Assembly (NCBI GenBank): GCA_024277525.1
Contig: JAJRUZ010000008.1
Span: forward strand, 20,091-84,090
Direction of reading: 5' to 3'
Length of the DNA: 64,000 nucleotides
Source: a candidate division WOR-3 bacterium
GTDB taxonomy: Bacteria; Hydrothermota; Hydrothermia; Hydrothermales; JAJRUZ01
Below the pieces are notes generated by a model. The model ran no database searches, had not been told where the DNA came from, and worked only from the letters and a program-made list of their open reading frames with translations. A program made the translations under genes and the position numbers. Position 1 is the stretch's first letter. Each line of letters starts with the position of its first letter. This document shows, one piece after another, positions 10,922-21,432 of the stretch.

Positions 10922-11304
10922 TTTTCCTTAGCTTTTTCAAGATAGAAGCTGACAGAAACATTCTGCACCGCATTCACTTCTTTTGTGGTCTCTTTATATC
11001 CAGGAGCTATAAATTTTAATCGATACCTTCCGGGAGACAAAGTAATTTTACCCTTCCCGTTTTTAAAGGTATAAGGAGGTAAAGGGGAACCCACAATTAT
11101 TACTTTTACATCTTTCACAGGGTCAAAAGTTTTGGCATCCAGTAATTCAATTTCAAGAGAAACTCTTTTTACTTCGGGTTTTGCAGTTTCTGTGATTGTT
11201 TCTGTTGCTTCATATGTTCTGTATGGATCCTCCTCGGGGTTGTAATAGAAACAACCCCAGGATAATAGGATTATTAAAGGTAATAATTTTAAAGTTTTCA
11301 TCAT
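10918..11304 (-). CDS. Lipoprotein, first gene of the tad operon; Ig/carboxypeptidase-regulatory-like fold.
   Basis: Signal peptide plus lipobox-like LLSWGC; a GGAGG RBS immediately upstream. Confidence 0.4.
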   Translation of the reverse strand: MMKTLKLLPLIILLSWGCFYYNPEEDPYRTYEATETITETAKPEVKRVSLEIELLDAKTFDPVKDVKVIIVGSPLPPYTFKNGKGKITLSPGRYRLKFIAPGYKETTKEVNAVQNVSVSFYLEKAKEK

Positions 11305-11383
11305 TCCTCCCTCTTTTTAATAAGTCTTAAATTTTAAAAAAAATTTCCAAAAAAGTCAAATAAAAAAATTTTTTTTCTTAAAC

Positions 11384-11412
11384 TTGAAATTTTGAAAAAA
11401 AAATATTATAAT
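11384..11412 (+). promoter_or_regulatory. Near-consensus sigma70 promoter, TTGAAA-N17-TATAAT, for the ribosomal-protein operon.
   Basis: TTGAAA at 11384-11389 and TATAAT at 11407-11412 with a 17-bp spacer; the ATG of rpsQ is at 11445. The surrounding 140 bp is very AT-rich (UP-element-like). Confidence 0.45.
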
Positions 11413-11444
11413 AAAACTCCTTTAAAAAAAATTTAAAAAATCCC

Positions 11445-11720
11445 ATGCGCGGAAAAAGGAAGGAACTTATCGGTGCGGTTGTTTCAAACAAGATGGATAA
11501 AACCGTCGTTGTGCTTGTTGAACGACGGGTTCGTCATCCATTGTATAAAAAGGAAATAAAAAAGAGGAAAAAATTTTATGCCCATGATGAAAATAATGAA
11601 TGCAGAATAGGTGATATTGTGCGAATAATGGAAACACGCCCCCTTTCAAAGCTCAAAAGATGGAGAGTTGTGGAAATATTAAAAAGGGCTCCGGGTTTTA
11701 GTGAGGAAAAAGAGAAATGA
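11445..11720 (+). CDS. rpsQ: 30S ribosomal protein S17.
   Basis: 91-aa protein with the conserved S17 core ([24 protein letters not shown]); first gene of the cluster. Confidence 0.9.
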   Translation: MRGKRKELIGAVVSNKMDKTVVVLVERRVRHPLYKKEIKKRKKFYAHDENNECRIGDIVRIMETRPLSKLKRWRVVEILKRAPGFSEEKEK

Positions 11721-12085
11721 TACAGCAGCAATCAAGACTTAAAATTGCTGATAATACCGGTGCACTTGAAGTTATGGTGATAAGGGTTTTGGGAGGAAGT
11801 GCAAGAAAATACGGTTCGGTAGGAGATATTTGCAGAGCAACTGTCAAAAAAATCGGAACAGGTTCACAGGTGAAGGAAGGAGAAAAGGTATGGGTCGTAA
11901 TTGTAAGAACAAAAAAGGAAATAAAAAGAAAAGACGGGTCCACAATAAGGTTTGATGACAATGCAGGGGTTATAATAGACCCTGCGGGTGAACCCAAGGG
12001 TACAAGGGTTTTCGGTCCTGTGGCAAGAGAATTAAGGGAAAAAAGATTTATGAAAATTGTTTCACTTGCTCCGGAGGTTTGGTGA
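11717..12085 (+). CDS. rplN: 50S ribosomal protein L14.
   Basis: [16 protein letters not shown]...IRFDDNA; overlaps the rpsQ stop by 4 nt. Confidence 0.95.
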   Translation: MIQQQSRLKIADNTGALEVMVIRVLGGSARKYGSVGDICRATVKKIGTGSQVKEGEKVWVVIVRTKKEIKRKDGSTIRFDDNAGVIIDPAGEPKGTRVFGPVARELREKRFMKIVSLAPEVW

Positions 12086-12405
12086 TGGCTGCTAAGATTA
12101 AAAAAGGAGACCAGGTAATGGTGATTTCGGGTGATGATAAAGGGAAAATAGGAAAAGTTATAAAGGTCTTTCCGAAGAACCAAAGGGCTATTGTTGAAGG
12201 AGTCAATATTGTGAAAAGGCACAGAAGATTTGTAAGTGCTGACAGACCTCACGGAATAATTGAAATGCCTGCTCCTGTTCACATTTCAAACCTTGCTCTT
12301 GTTTGTCCGTCTTGTGGGAAAAGGACAAGGGTCGGGTTCAGATTCGAAGGAGATAAAAAAGTGAGATATTGTAAAAAATGCAATGACACGATAGATAAGG
12401 ATTGA
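12085..12405 (+). CDS. rplX: 50S ribosomal protein L24 with a C-terminal zinc-ribbon (CPSCG...CKKC) extension.
   Basis: [11 protein letters not shown]... KOW domain; the ATG overlaps the rplN TGA. Confidence 0.9.
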   Translation: MAAKIKKGDQVMVISGDDKGKIGKVIKVFPKNQRAIVEGVNIVKRHRRFVSADRPHGIIEMPAPVHISNLALVCPSCGKRTRVGFRFEGDKKVRYCKKCNDTIDKD

Positions 12406-12406
12406 T

Positions 12407-12976
12407 ATGGCGAGATTGCTTGAACATTATAAGAAAAATGTAATTCCGAAATTAATGAAAGAATTTAAATATAAAAATCCGTTTGAGGTCCCTAAAATAG
12501 AGAAAGTGGTTGTAAATGTAGGATACGGTGAAGCGGTAAATGATCCGAAATTAATAGAACTTGTTCAAAAAGAACTTGCTCAGATTACAGGACAATGGCC
12601 TTGTATAAGAAGGGCAAGAAAGCATGTTGCTGCATATAAGGTAAGAAAAGGAATGCCCATCGGTGTGAAGGTTACATTGAGGGGAAAAAGGGCTTACGAA
12701 TTCCTTGACAGAACAATAACATTTGCACTTCCGAGGGTAAGGGACTTCAGGGGATTAAAAAGAAATTCTTTTGATGGAAGAGGGAATTATAATTTCGGAC
12801 TCGAAGAACATATTGTTTTTCCGGAGGTGGATATAGATAAAGTGAAAGTTCAGTTCGGGATGGACATAGCAGTTGTAACTACTGCAAAAACCGATTATGA
12901 AGCATTAAGGTTACTTGAAGAACTCGGATTTCCGTTTGAAAGAAAAAAGGAGGTGAAAAGTGGCAAGAAAAGGTAA
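12407..12976 (+). CDS. rplE: 50S ribosomal protein L5.
   Basis: 189-aa protein with conserved L5 motifs ([29 protein letters not shown]). Confidence 0.95.
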   Translation: MARLLEHYKKNVIPKLMKEFKYKNPFEVPKIEKVVVNVGYGEAVNDPKLIELVQKELAQITGQWPCIRRARKHVAAYKVRKGMPIGVKVTLRGKRAYEFLDRTITFALPRVRDFRGLKRNSFDGRGNYNFGLEEHIVFPEVDIDKVKVQFGMDIAVVTTAKTDYEALRLLEELGFPFERKKEVKSGKKR

Positions 12977-13148
12977 ATTTATGAGATGGTTAATGTATGA
13001 ACCGAAATTTAAGGTCAGGTACAGGAACAGATGTAAGAGATGCGGAAGACCCAGGGGTTATATAAGGAAATTCGGTTTGTGCAGGATATGTTTCAGAGAA
13101 CTCGCTGTTCAGGGTTTGATTCCCGGTGTTAAAAAGGCAAGCTGGTAA
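12960..13148 (+). CDS. rpsZ: 30S ribosomal protein S14 type Z (zinc-binding); GTG start.
   Basis: 61 aa: [25 protein letters not shown]...GVKKASW. Confidence 0.9.
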   Translation: MARKGKFMRWLMYEPKFKVRYRNRCKRCGRPRGYIRKFGLCRICFRELAVQGLIPGVKKASW

Positions 13149-13149
13149 A

Positions 13150-13545
13150 ATGGTAAATGATCCTATAGCGGACATGCTCATAAGAATAAAAAATGCTGTA
13201 ATGAGAAGAAAAGAGGAAGTTAAAGTACCCCATTCAAAGTTAAAAGAAAGAATTGCCCAGATTTTAAAGGATGAAGGATTTATTGAGGAATATAAAATTG
13301 CGGGAGAAGGTGTGAAAAAGGAAATAGTAATTCTTCCCAAGTACGACAATGAAGGGAATCCTGTTTTAACGGATGTAAGAAGGGTTTCAAAGCCGGGAAG
13401 AAGGATATATGTCAAAAAAGATAAAATTCCTTGGGTTAAAAACGGTACGGGAATTGCAATTATTTCCACCTCAAAGGGTGTTGTTACCGACAGGGAGGCA
13501 AGAAGATTAAAAGTGGGCGGTGAAGTCTTATGTGAGGTATGGTAA
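13150..13545 (+). CDS. rpsH: 30S ribosomal protein S8.
   Basis: MVNDPIADMLIRIKNA...; the internal start at 13150 fits better than the ORF-track start at 13126. Confidence 0.9.
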   Translation: MVNDPIADMLIRIKNAVMRRKEEVKVPHSKLKERIAQILKDEGFIEEYKIAGEGVKKEIVILPKYDNEGNPVLTDVRRVSKPGRRIYVKKDKIPWVKNGTGIAIISTSKGVVTDREARRLKVGGEVLCEVW

Positions 13546-13546
13546 A

Positions 13547-14098
13547 ATGAGTAAAATCGGCAAAAAACCGGTTTTGATTCCCGAGGGTGTAAATATAAGG
13601 CTTGAAGGGAGGAAACTGATCGTAAAAGGACCGAAAGGAGAACTTTCCCTTGAAATTCATCCTGAAATAGAACTTGAAATAGATGAAAAAGAAATAAGGG
13701 TTAAGAGAAAAAGTGATGAAAAGTTTGTCAGGGCAATGCACGGCACAACCAGATCCCTTATTAACAACATGATTAAAGGAGTAAAAGAGGGTTTTTACAA
13801 AGAGCTTCTTGTGGTGGGTACGGGATATAAGGCTGATTTAAGGGGAAGGGAGCTTATTCTTGATGTAGGGTATGCCGAACCTAAGAAATATATTTTGCCG
13901 GAGGGTATAAAGGCTGAGGTGAAAAAGGAAGGAGCAAATTTCAAAATCAGAATTGAGGGAATTGATAAGCAAAAAGTTGGACAAGTTGCTGCTGAGATAA
14001 GAAAAATCAGGGAGCCTGATTTATATAAAGGAAAAGGTATAAGATATGCTGATGAAGTGATTAAATTAAAACCGGGTAAAGCAGGAGTGGCAAAATAA
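13547..14098 (+). CDS. rplF: 50S ribosomal protein L6.
   Basis: [21 protein letters not shown]...; the start is internal to the listed ORF. Confidence 0.9.
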   Translation: MSKIGKKPVLIPEGVNIRLEGRKLIVKGPKGELSLEIHPEIELEIDEKEIRVKRKSDEKFVRAMHGTTRSLINNMIKGVKEGFYKELLVVGTGYKADLRGRELILDVGYAEPKKYILPEGIKAEVKKEGANFKIRIEGIDKQKVGQVAAEIRKIREPDLYKGKGIRYADEVIKLKPGKAGVAK

Positions 14099-14475
14099 TG
14101 GAAAGGGAAGAAAAAGTATTAAGGAGAAAAAGAAGGCGTTTGAGAGTAAGAAAAAAGGTATTCGGAACACCTGACAGACCACGACTTTGTGTATATAAAT
14201 CTTTGAAGCACATATATGCACAAATTGTGATAGACCCCCCGCTCGGTCCTTGTAAGGTTCTAACAGGTGCTTCTACCCTTTCCCCTGAAATCAGAAATGA
14301 GGTCAAAAGATTAAAAGGGAAAATAGAGAAGGCAAAACTTGTAGGGAGATTAATAGCAGAAAAGGCTTTAAAATTAGGGATAAAAAAAGTGGTCTTTGAC
14401 AGAGCAGGATATAAGTATCACGGAAGAGTAAAGGCTTTGGCAGAGGGAGCAAGGGAGAAAGGACTTGAATTTTGA
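14098..14475 (+). CDS. rplR: 50S ribosomal protein L18.
   Basis: 125-aa protein with a basic N-terminus ([12 protein letters not shown]) and the conserved L18 C-terminus ([22 protein letters not shown]). Confidence 0.9.
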   Translation: MEREEKVLRRKRRRLRVRKKVFGTPDRPRLCVYKSLKHIYAQIVIDPPLGPCKVLTGASTLSPEIRNEVKRLKGKIEKAKLVGRLIAEKALKLGIKKVVFDRAGYKYHGRVKALAEGAREKGLEF

Positions 14476-15620
14476 GAATATCTCTAATCTCACAGAATTT
14501 TGATAAATATTCAAATGGTGAATCGCGGACAAATTACGAAATAGCAAAATATCTCCTTTCAAAAGGGCATGAGGTGCATATTTACGCATATAAAATTGAA
14601 AAGGAACTCTTTGAAAAAGGCTCTAAAATTTACAAAGTACCTTTAATAATAGAAAGACCCGCTATTTTAAAAAGCATCATTTTTTTTCTATGGGTATCTT
14701 TGATTATAAGAATGAAAAAGAATAAATATGACATAATATATCAATCCGGACCATCGGCATTTGTATCTCATAATTTAAATGTGTGTCAGTTTTGCCATTC
14801 AGCATACAGAAAAAAAATATTGAAATTTAAATTTCCCATCCTAAGAAAAATTTATTATTACATTAATTATACAGTAGCATCTTTCATGGAAAAGATCGTT
14901 TATAAGAAAGCCAAAATAATAGTTGCTGTTTCAGAAAAAATAAAAAAAGAACTTATCAAGTACGTAAAAATAAAAAAAGATAGGATCGTAATAATACATA
15001 ACGGAGTGGATATTGAAAAGTTTACTCCCAAAAAAGCAAATGAAAAGTCGGTATTATGCAAAAAATTAAACATAAATGAGAATAAAAAAATATTTTTATT
15101 TGTAGGAGACTTGAATTCTCCGAGAAAAGGATTTTTAAATTTGATTAAGGTGTTTGAAGATTTGGAGGAAAATTGCATTTTATTAGCTCTGGGAAAATAT
15201 GAAAGGGGTATTTTTCATAAATTAGTGGAAAAAAAGAATTTAAAAAGAAAAATTATTTTTCTCGGTTTTCAAAAAGATACCCCCTTTTTTTACAGATCAG
15301 CAGATTTTATGATATTTCCTACTTTTTATGACCCTTGTCCGCTTGTTGTTATGGAATCTCTTGCAAGCGGTACCCCCTGTATTGTATCACATTCACGATA
15401 CTGCGGCAGCACCGAAATTATAGAAGACAAAAAAGAAGGCTTTATAATAAAAAATCCTCATAATATAGAAGAAATAAAAGAAAAAATTAATTATGCAATA
15501 ACTTTAAACAAGAGAGAATATTTAAAGATGTGCTTTAATGCCCGTAAAAAAGCTGAAAATTTTTCTTGGAATAAAATCATCGAAAAATATTACAAAACAT
15601 TGTTATCAAGAAAATGTTAA
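14472..15620 (+). CDS. Glycosyltransferase family 4 (GT-B). TTG start overlapping the rplR stop (TTGA).
   Basis: The N-terminus resembles GT4 ([10 protein letters not shown]...[24 protein letters not shown]). The C-terminal EX7E-type region reads [22 protein letters not shown]. Confidence 0.8.
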   Translation: MRISLISQNFDKYSNGESRTNYEIAKYLLSKGHEVHIYAYKIEKELFEKGSKIYKVPLIIERPAILKSIIFFLWVSLIIRMKKNKYDIIYQSGPSAFVSHNLNVCQFCHSAYRKKILKFKFPILRKIYYYINYTVASFMEKIVYKKAKIIVAVSEKIKKELIKYVKIKKDRIVIIHNGVDIEKFTPKKANEKSVLCKKLNINENKKIFLFVGDLNSPRKGFLNLIKVFEDLEENCILLALGKYERGIFHKLVEKKNLKRKIIFLGFQKDTPFFYRSADFMIFPTFYDPCPLVVMESLASGTPCIVSHSRYCGSTEIIEDKKEGFIIKNPHNIEEIKEKINYAITLNKREYLKMCFNARKKAENFSWNKIIEKYYKTLLSRKC

Positions 15621-15621
15621 T

Positions 15622-18258
15622 TTATATCACCACCTCTTTCTTTCTGGGATAAAGTTTTCCATATACCTTCTCCACATCATCCACAATTATCAAAATAAGT
15701 GCCTCCTTGTTTTCCGCAAGTTGAAAAGCACAGAAAATTGCCTCTTCTTCATCATCCATTATAAAAATCCTATCCTCACTTACTCCCTTTTCTTTAAGCA
15801 CATTTTTCATCATAAGCGGAACTTCTTTCGGCTTTCTTCCCCTTAAATCCCAATCATCCCTTATCACAAAATAATGAACATCAGAATTACCGGCAATTTC
15901 TGCCATCTTTCTTATATCAATATTCCTCCTATCTCCCGGTGCTCCTATTACCGCAATCTTAAACTCATAAGGAAGTGAATTAATTAAACTGAATATCATC
16001 TCATAAGCCTTCGGATTATGAGCATAATCAAGAATAATCTTCCATTTACCGATGGAAATGAAATTGGCTCTTCCGGGATTTTCATGAAAAGAGGAATGAA
16101 ATGTCCTTAATCCCTCTGCTATGGTCTCCAGGGGAACGCCGAGAAGATAAGTAATAAGAGAAGCAGCAAGAGCATTTTCTATATTAAACATTGCCCTTCC
16201 TTCAAAAGCACTCGGAATTTCACTTATATTTATTACCGGTATCCTCAAATCCCCTTTACAAAGGCATATTGTATCTCCGTCAAGAAGCATTCCTATTCCC
16301 CCTATTTGAAGATGTTTCTCAAAAAACTCATTTCTTTTCAAGCAAAAATAAGCCGGTTTTGCTATTGTATTTTTATGAAGATTTCTTACAACCTCATCAC
16401 ATGCATTTAAAACAGCAAAACCTTCTTTTTTAACAGCCTCTATGACCACGGATTTAACTTCAGCCATTTCTTCAACCGTTTCAATACCCCTTAAACCGAG
16501 ATGGTCCTCCGAGACATTTAAAACACACCCTATATCAGCATAATCATATCCCAGCCCTTCCCTTAAAATTCCTCCTCTCGCTGTTTCAAAAACCGCAACT
16601 TCAACAGATGGGTCCTTTAAGACAACTTTTGCGCTCCACGGACCTGTTGTATCTCCTTTAACAATCCTTTCATTACCTATGTAAATTCCCTCTGTTGTTG
16701 TAAAACCTACCTTCTTACCCGAAATTCTCAATATATGGGAGACCATTCTCACTGTTGTCGTTTTTCCATTCGTTCCTGTTATTGAAACAATCGGAATTCT
16801 CGAAGGTACCCCCGGAGGAAATAACATATCCAGGACGAACACTGCAACATTTCTGCTTTTTCCTTTTGACGGATAAAGATGCATTCTGAATCCGGGAGCA
16901 GCATTTACTTCAACAACTTTCCCTTTTATTTCATGAAGGGGCTTTGTTATATCCTTACAGATAAAATCAATACCCGCTATATCAAGCCCTGTTATCCTTG
17001 CAACCCTTTCTGCAAGTCTTAAATTTGAAGGATGGGCTATATCGGTAACATCTTCCGCTTCTCCACCTGTTGAAAGATTGGCTGATGTCTTTAAATAAAG
17101 AATCTCACCTTTCGGAAGAACAGAATCAAGGGTGTAACCCTTTCTTTTTAATATTTCATGAGTAATTTCATCTATTTTAATTTTTGTTAAAGGTTTCTCA
17201 TGTCCTATTCCCCTTCTTTCATCGCTGTTAATTTTTTCAACAAGTTCCCTTATTGTGCTTTTTCCATCTCCTATTACATGAGCAGGGGTTCTTCTGGCAC
17301 ATGCAACCGCCTTTCCGTTTATTACCAGAATTCTGTAATCTTCTCCTTCAACATGTTCTTCAATAATAACTTTTTTTGAATAATTCTTAGCATATTTGAA
17401 GGCTTCTTTTAATTCATCAAAGCTTCTTATATTGGTTGTGACTCCCTTTCCCTGATTTCCATCAAGGGGTTTGCAAACAACCGGAAACCCTATCTTTTCC
17501 GCAATCTCTTTTGCGGATTCGTAATCATAAACAACGCCTCCTTCGGGTACAGGAATTCCTGAATCTTTCAAAATCTTTTTTGTTATATCCTTATCACAGG
17601 CTATTTCAACAGCAATGTTTGATGTATTGTTCGTGGTTGTAGCCCATATTCTTTTGGAATATTTTCCGTATCCGAGTTGCACAAGATTTCCATCTTCCCA
17701 TAATCTAATAACAGGAATATTTCTTCTTTTTGCTTCATCAATTATTGATTGAGTCGAAGGACCGTATGCCCACTTTTCTCTTATCTCAAGTAATTCATTT
17801 ATATATGGTTTAATATCGGGAATCCCCCCGTCTATAATTTTTTCAACAATTTCAACAGCAAATTCTCCTGCTTTTTTACCTGCTTCTTCAACCACATAAG
17901 AGTAAATGATCTTATAAACACCTTTTTTCTTTTCACTTCTCGCCTTTCCGTATCCTGTTTCCATTTTAGCAAGACATTGAAGTTCAAGTGCAACATGCTC
18001 AACAACATGCCCCATCCATGTACCTTCTTCAACTCTTTTTAAAAACCCGCCCTCAAAGTCATAAGAACATCTATGGGAATAAAGAGTAGGAATTGTCTTC
18101 TCTATTCTCTCTTTAAAACCTTTTATTTTATTTGTGGGTTTATCTTCAAGTTCTCCTATATCAAGTGTCATACATATACAGGGTTTTCTTAAATGATAAA
18201 TATTCGGACCCCTGAAAGCCCTGATTTCAAGAATTTTCATATATTTAAACTTTTTCAT
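15622..18258 (-). CDS. cphA: Cyanophycin synthetase (ATP-grasp plus Mur-ligase domains).
   Basis: 878 aa. The N-terminal CphA-specific domain reads MKILEIRAFRGPNIY. An ATP-grasp core and a C-terminal Mur-ligase P-loop (ITGTNGKTTT) follow. It is adjacent to a cyanophycinase gene. Confidence 0.85.
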   Translation of the reverse strand: MKKFKYMKILEIRAFRGPNIYHLRKPCICMTLDIGELEDKPTNKIKGFKERIEKTIPTLYSHRCSYDFEGGFLKRVEEGTWMGHVVEHVALELQCLAKMETGYGKARSEKKKGVYKIIYSYVVEEAGKKAGEFAVEIVEKIIDGGIPDIKPYINELLEIREKWAYGPSTQSIIDEAKRRNIPVIRLWEDGNLVQLGYGKYSKRIWATTTNNTSNIAVEIACDKDITKKILKDSGIPVPEGGVVYDYESAKEIAEKIGFPVVCKPLDGNQGKGVTTNIRSFDELKEAFKYAKNYSKKVIIEEHVEGEDYRILVINGKAVACARRTPAHVIGDGKSTIRELVEKINSDERRGIGHEKPLTKIKIDEITHEILKRKGYTLDSVLPKGEILYLKTSANLSTGGEAEDVTDIAHPSNLRLAERVARITGLDIAGIDFICKDITKPLHEIKGKVVEVNAAPGFRMHLYPSKGKSRNVAVFVLDMLFPPGVPSRIPIVSITGTNGKTTTVRMVSHILRISGKKVGFTTTEGIYIGNERIVKGDTTGPWSAKVVLKDPSVEVAVFETARGGILREGLGYDYADIGCVLNVSEDHLGLRGIETVEEMAEVKSVVIEAVKKEGFAVLNACDEVVRNLHKNTIAKPAYFCLKRNEFFEKHLQIGGIGMLLDGDTICLCKGDLRIPVINISEIPSAFEGRAMFNIENALAASLITYLLGVPLETIAEGLRTFHSSFHENPGRANFISIGKWKIILDYAHNPKAYEMIFSLINSLPYEFKIAVIGAPGDRRNIDIRKMAEIAGNSDVHYFVIRDDWDLRGRKPKEVPLMMKNVLKEKGVSEDRIFIMDDEEEAIFCAFQLAENKEALILIIVDDVEKVYGKLYPRKKEVVI

Positions 18259-19034
18259 ACTTTTATTACTTTCCTATTTTTTAAATCATATTCTCCTTCT
18301 GGAGAGAGAATATGAATTTTAACATTTTCCACCCCGAAGGGTCTTCCTGGTCTTAACCCGGAAATATTTGTCTTTTTTATGTCTCTTCCGTCAATAACCG
18401 TAACAACGCCTCTGCCCACAACTTCAAAAAAATCTCCTTTCACAAAAATTGCAGTATCTTCTGAAAGTCCTATACCTAAAACAGAGGGATTTGACACAAC
18501 AACCTGAATCAACCTCAAAAGCCTTCTTCTCCTGTGAAAATGAGTATCAATCACTATATCTTTTAAAAGACCAAGACCTTTTGTAAGTTCTACTTTCCCT
18601 TTAAACGCACCTTTATCAGCAGAGCCTTCATAAATCATCAAATCACCCATAAATGCAGCGCCCGCACTTGTTCCTATTATCATAACATCTCTTTTTTTCA
18701 AATTTTTAAGCACATCAAAAATCTTTGTTCCACCCAGCATTGTGGTTAATTTAAGTTGATTCCCCCCTGTAAAAAATATAATCTCCGCTTTTTCTATATG
18801 TCTTTCCAATTTTTTAACATTCAACCTATCCCTTTCAGAAGGAGCAAGGAAACTTATAAGATTTTTAATTCCGTATTTTTTAAATATCTCCGCATAATGA
18901 AAATATGTATCAAAGGGAACACTTGAAGCATAAGGAATTATAAGAACTTCCCCTCCTTTATAATTTTCTGCAATTTTTTTCAGTATGGGGGAATCTTTTT
19001 TTAAATTTCCGCCAATTAAAATAAGATTTTTCAT
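18255..19034 (-). CDS. cphB: Cyanophycinase (peptidase S51).
   Basis: 259-aa S51 fold with Ser-nucleophile context (GTSAGAAFMG); overlaps the cphA start by 4 nt. Confidence 0.8.
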   Translation of the reverse strand: MKNLILIGGNLKKDSPILKKIAENYKGGEVLIIPYASSVPFDTYFHYAEIFKKYGIKNLISFLAPSERDRLNVKKLERHIEKAEIIFFTGGNQLKLTTMLGGTKIFDVLKNLKKRDVMIIGTSAGAAFMGDLMIYEGSADKGAFKGKVELTKGLGLLKDIVIDTHFHRRRRLLRLIQVVVSNPSVLGIGLSEDTAIFVKGDFFEVVGRGVVTVIDGRDIKKTNISGLRPGRPFGVENVKIHILSPEGEYDLKNRKVIKV

Positions 19035-19047
19035 AAAATTAAATTAT

Positions 19048-19539
19048 ATGAGAAAAAAAATTGAATTTAAAATTTTATTCTTCGGTTATGTTATTTTTTT
19101 ATTTCTATCACTCCCCTTTGCCGGTCCTTTTGCAAGGTATTTAAGAAAAGAAGTTTTCGGACCCGATTTAATGGGAAAGATAGTTATAATATTTCTTTTC
19201 ATCGTTTTTTTGATAACCCTTTTTTTTATATTTAAAAACAAAGGATTTAAAAAATTTTTAATAAGTTTTTTAATTCTTTTATTTCTTTTTATCTTCAGTT
19301 TTTATGTAAAAACTCCAGAAGAGAAGTTACATCTTTTTGAGTATTTTTTACTGGGTATATTGTGTTATAAAAGTTTCAAAAATCCTTTTTTAATTATTTT
19401 TTTAATATTTACAATTGCATTAGCAGATGAATTTGTTCAATATTTGCTTCCGATGAGATACGGAGATTTAAAAGATGTCTTAAGTAATATAATAGGAGGA
19501 GGGGCAGGATTTTTAATATGTATTGTATTTAAAAAATAA
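19048..19539 (+). CDS. VanZ-like family membrane protein.
   Basis: Four TM helices and the C-terminal VanZ signature (LADEFVQYLLPMRYGDLKDVLSNIIGGGAG). The ATG at 19048 (MRKKIEF) is more plausible than the upstream start. Confidence 0.6.
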   Translation: MRKKIEFKILFFGYVIFLFLSLPFAGPFARYLRKEVFGPDLMGKIVIIFLFIVFLITLFFIFKNKGFKKFLISFLILLFLFIFSFYVKTPEEKLHLFEYFLLGILCYKSFKNPFLIIFLIFTIALADEFVQYLLPMRYGDLKDVLSNIIGGGAGFLICIVFKK

Positions 19540-19611
19540 AATTTGATATGAAAATCAGACAACCGTTATTTATTCATCTCATAGTTTCATGATTTCAACC
19601 TCCTGATTTCA

Positions 19612-20448
19612 TTAATAGACAAATATTCTCGTTTTCCTTATATGATCAAGCCCGAGAAGGTACTTTACCATTCTTTCAATTCCCAGTCCGAATCCTGCTG
19701 AAGGTTTTAATTTCCTTTCCTTTGCATATTCAAGATATTCTTTAAAGAGGGAGAGGGGAAGTCCTTTCCTTTTTATTCTATCCACAATACGTTCATATTC
19801 GTACTCTCTTTCACCACCTGAAAGTCCTTCCCCGAATCCGAAAGGATAAATCAGATCATAATCAAGAAGAATTCCGTATCTTTGAGGGTCTTCCCTATCA
19901 TAGAACTCTCTTTCTTCCTCCAAGAAATCAACCAAAAAATAAGGTTCCTTTATACTTTGGGATAAATTTAGCATGTTTCCGTATTTTTCCTTCATTTCTT
20001 TCACACTTATTCTTTTAAAAGGCTTTTCAGGCACAGGTACTTTTATGAGTTGCGGATATTTTTCTTTAAGATTTCTTATGATATATATTACAAGGTCTTC
20101 TATAAATTCCATTACCTTTTCTTTTGTTACATTTCGCATCTCTACATCCAATTGAACAAACTCAACAAGATGATGAGGGGACTCTTTTTCTATTCTTATA
20201 TTTGGAGAAACTATGAATATTTTTTCAAAATAGTTCATCAGTATCTGTTTTTGAAAGATCATGCTTGTTGTGAGGAAGTACTCTTTATCATAAATTTTAG
20301 TTTTAGCATATTTTGTTTCAAGCAATGGATCAGAGAGTCTTGTGAGAATGAGGGGGAGGATTTCAACAAAACCTCTTTCCAGCAAGAAATCCCTTGCCTC
20401 TTTTAATACCCCTGAACAAATAAGGGTACTTTTTAATTTTTCATCCAT
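19612..20448 (-). CDS. Class-II aaRS-like catalytic-core protein (archaeal-type asparagine synthetase A / AsnRS-like paralog).
   Basis: 278 aa with class II motif-2/3-like segments (FQKQILMNYFEKIFIVSPNIRIEKE; SAGFGLGIERMVKYLLG). There is no anticodon-binding domain. Confidence 0.55.
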   Translation of the reverse strand: MDEKLKSTLICSGVLKEARDFLLERGFVEILPLILTRLSDPLLETKYAKTKIYDKEYFLTTSMIFQKQILMNYFEKIFIVSPNIRIEKESPHHLVEFVQLDVEMRNVTKEKVMEFIEDLVIYIIRNLKEKYPQLIKVPVPEKPFKRISVKEMKEKYGNMLNLSQSIKEPYFLVDFLEEEREFYDREDPQRYGILLDYDLIYPFGFGEGLSGGEREYEYERIVDRIKRKGLPLSLFKEYLEYAKERKLKPSAGFGLGIERMVKYLLGLDHIRKTRIFVY

Positions 20449-20478
20449 GGGGGACCTCCTTTTTGATTTTCGAACGAT

Positions 20479-20498
20479 CCCCCCTTTATTTCAGGGGG
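20479..20498. other. GC hairpin CCCCCC-tttatttca-GGGGG, a member of the recurrent C-run/G-run hairpin family.
   Basis: Seen directly in the sequence. Related hairpins are at 28630, 47774, 49332 and 53235. Confidence 0.4.
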
Positions 20499-20667
20499 TT
20501 ATTATTGGAAGAATTAAAAGAAGAATTTATAAAAAGAGAATCATATTTAATTCTTATAAGGACAGAAGAACAAAATTTTATTTTCATATGTTAAATTATA
20601 ACATAATCCACACTCACTTTCAAGTTTTAAATATAAACAAATTGTTATTACAAATAATTAAAAAGTC

Positions 20668-21372
20668 CTATTCTGCTTCTTCCCCCGGTTTTAGCACAAT
20701 TACATCAATGTTAAGGGATGGGTCAATCAGTTTTTTGAATTCCTCAGGAGTTCCTGTTAAAACAGGAAATGTGCCGTAATGCATGGGTATCACAAACTTG
20801 GGCTTTAAAAGTTTACACGCATATGCAGCTTCTTCAGGTCCCATCGTGTAATGTGAACCTATTGGAAGAAGCACAAGATCAGGTTTGTAAAGTTCACCTA
20901 TCATCTGCATTCCCACAAAAACACCGGTATCACCCGTATGATATATCTTGAATCCATTCTCCATTTTTATCACAAATCCCGCAGGATCACCTCCCGGAAT
21001 CAAGTTATCGCCTTCCTGAATACTAGAGGAATGCGTTGCCTCTGTCTGTATGATTTCAATATTCCCATCCTTAACATGTCCTCCGATGTTCATTCCTATT
21101 GCATTTTGAATCCCCTTTGATTGCAAATATACGGAAATTTCATGAATTGCATATACTCTTGCACTTGTATTTCTGGCAATTTCCAGAGTGTCTCCGAGAT
21201 GGTCTCCGTGAGCATGTGTGAGTAGGATTATGTCTGCTTTATCATACTCTTTACCCGGTGAAGAAGGATTTGAGAGCCAAGGGTCAATGAATATTACTTT
21301 TCCTTCAGGGGAGGTAATTTTAAAAGCAGAATGTCCGTAATATTTTACTTTTATTCCATTAAATTTTGCCAT
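20668..21372 (-). CDS. MBL-fold metallo-hydrolase.
   Basis: HAHGDH motif (LTHAHGDHLGD) and a beta-lactamase-fold layout. Confidence 0.75.
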   Translation of the reverse strand: MAKFNGIKVKYYGHSAFKITSPEGKVIFIDPWLSNPSSPGKEYDKADIILLTHAHGDHLGDTLEIARNTSARVYAIHEISVYLQSKGIQNAIGMNIGGHVKDGNIEIIQTEATHSSSIQEGDNLIPGGDPAGFVIKMENGFKIYHTGDTGVFVGMQMIGELYKPDLVLLPIGSHYTMGPEEAAYACKLLKPKFVIPMHYGTFPVLTGTPEEFKKLIDPSLNIDVIVLKPGEEAE

Positions 21373-21432
21373 CTCCGTTCCTCCTTTTTAAACAATAAAT
21401 TTTACACAAAATATGTGTTAAAATAAAATGTA

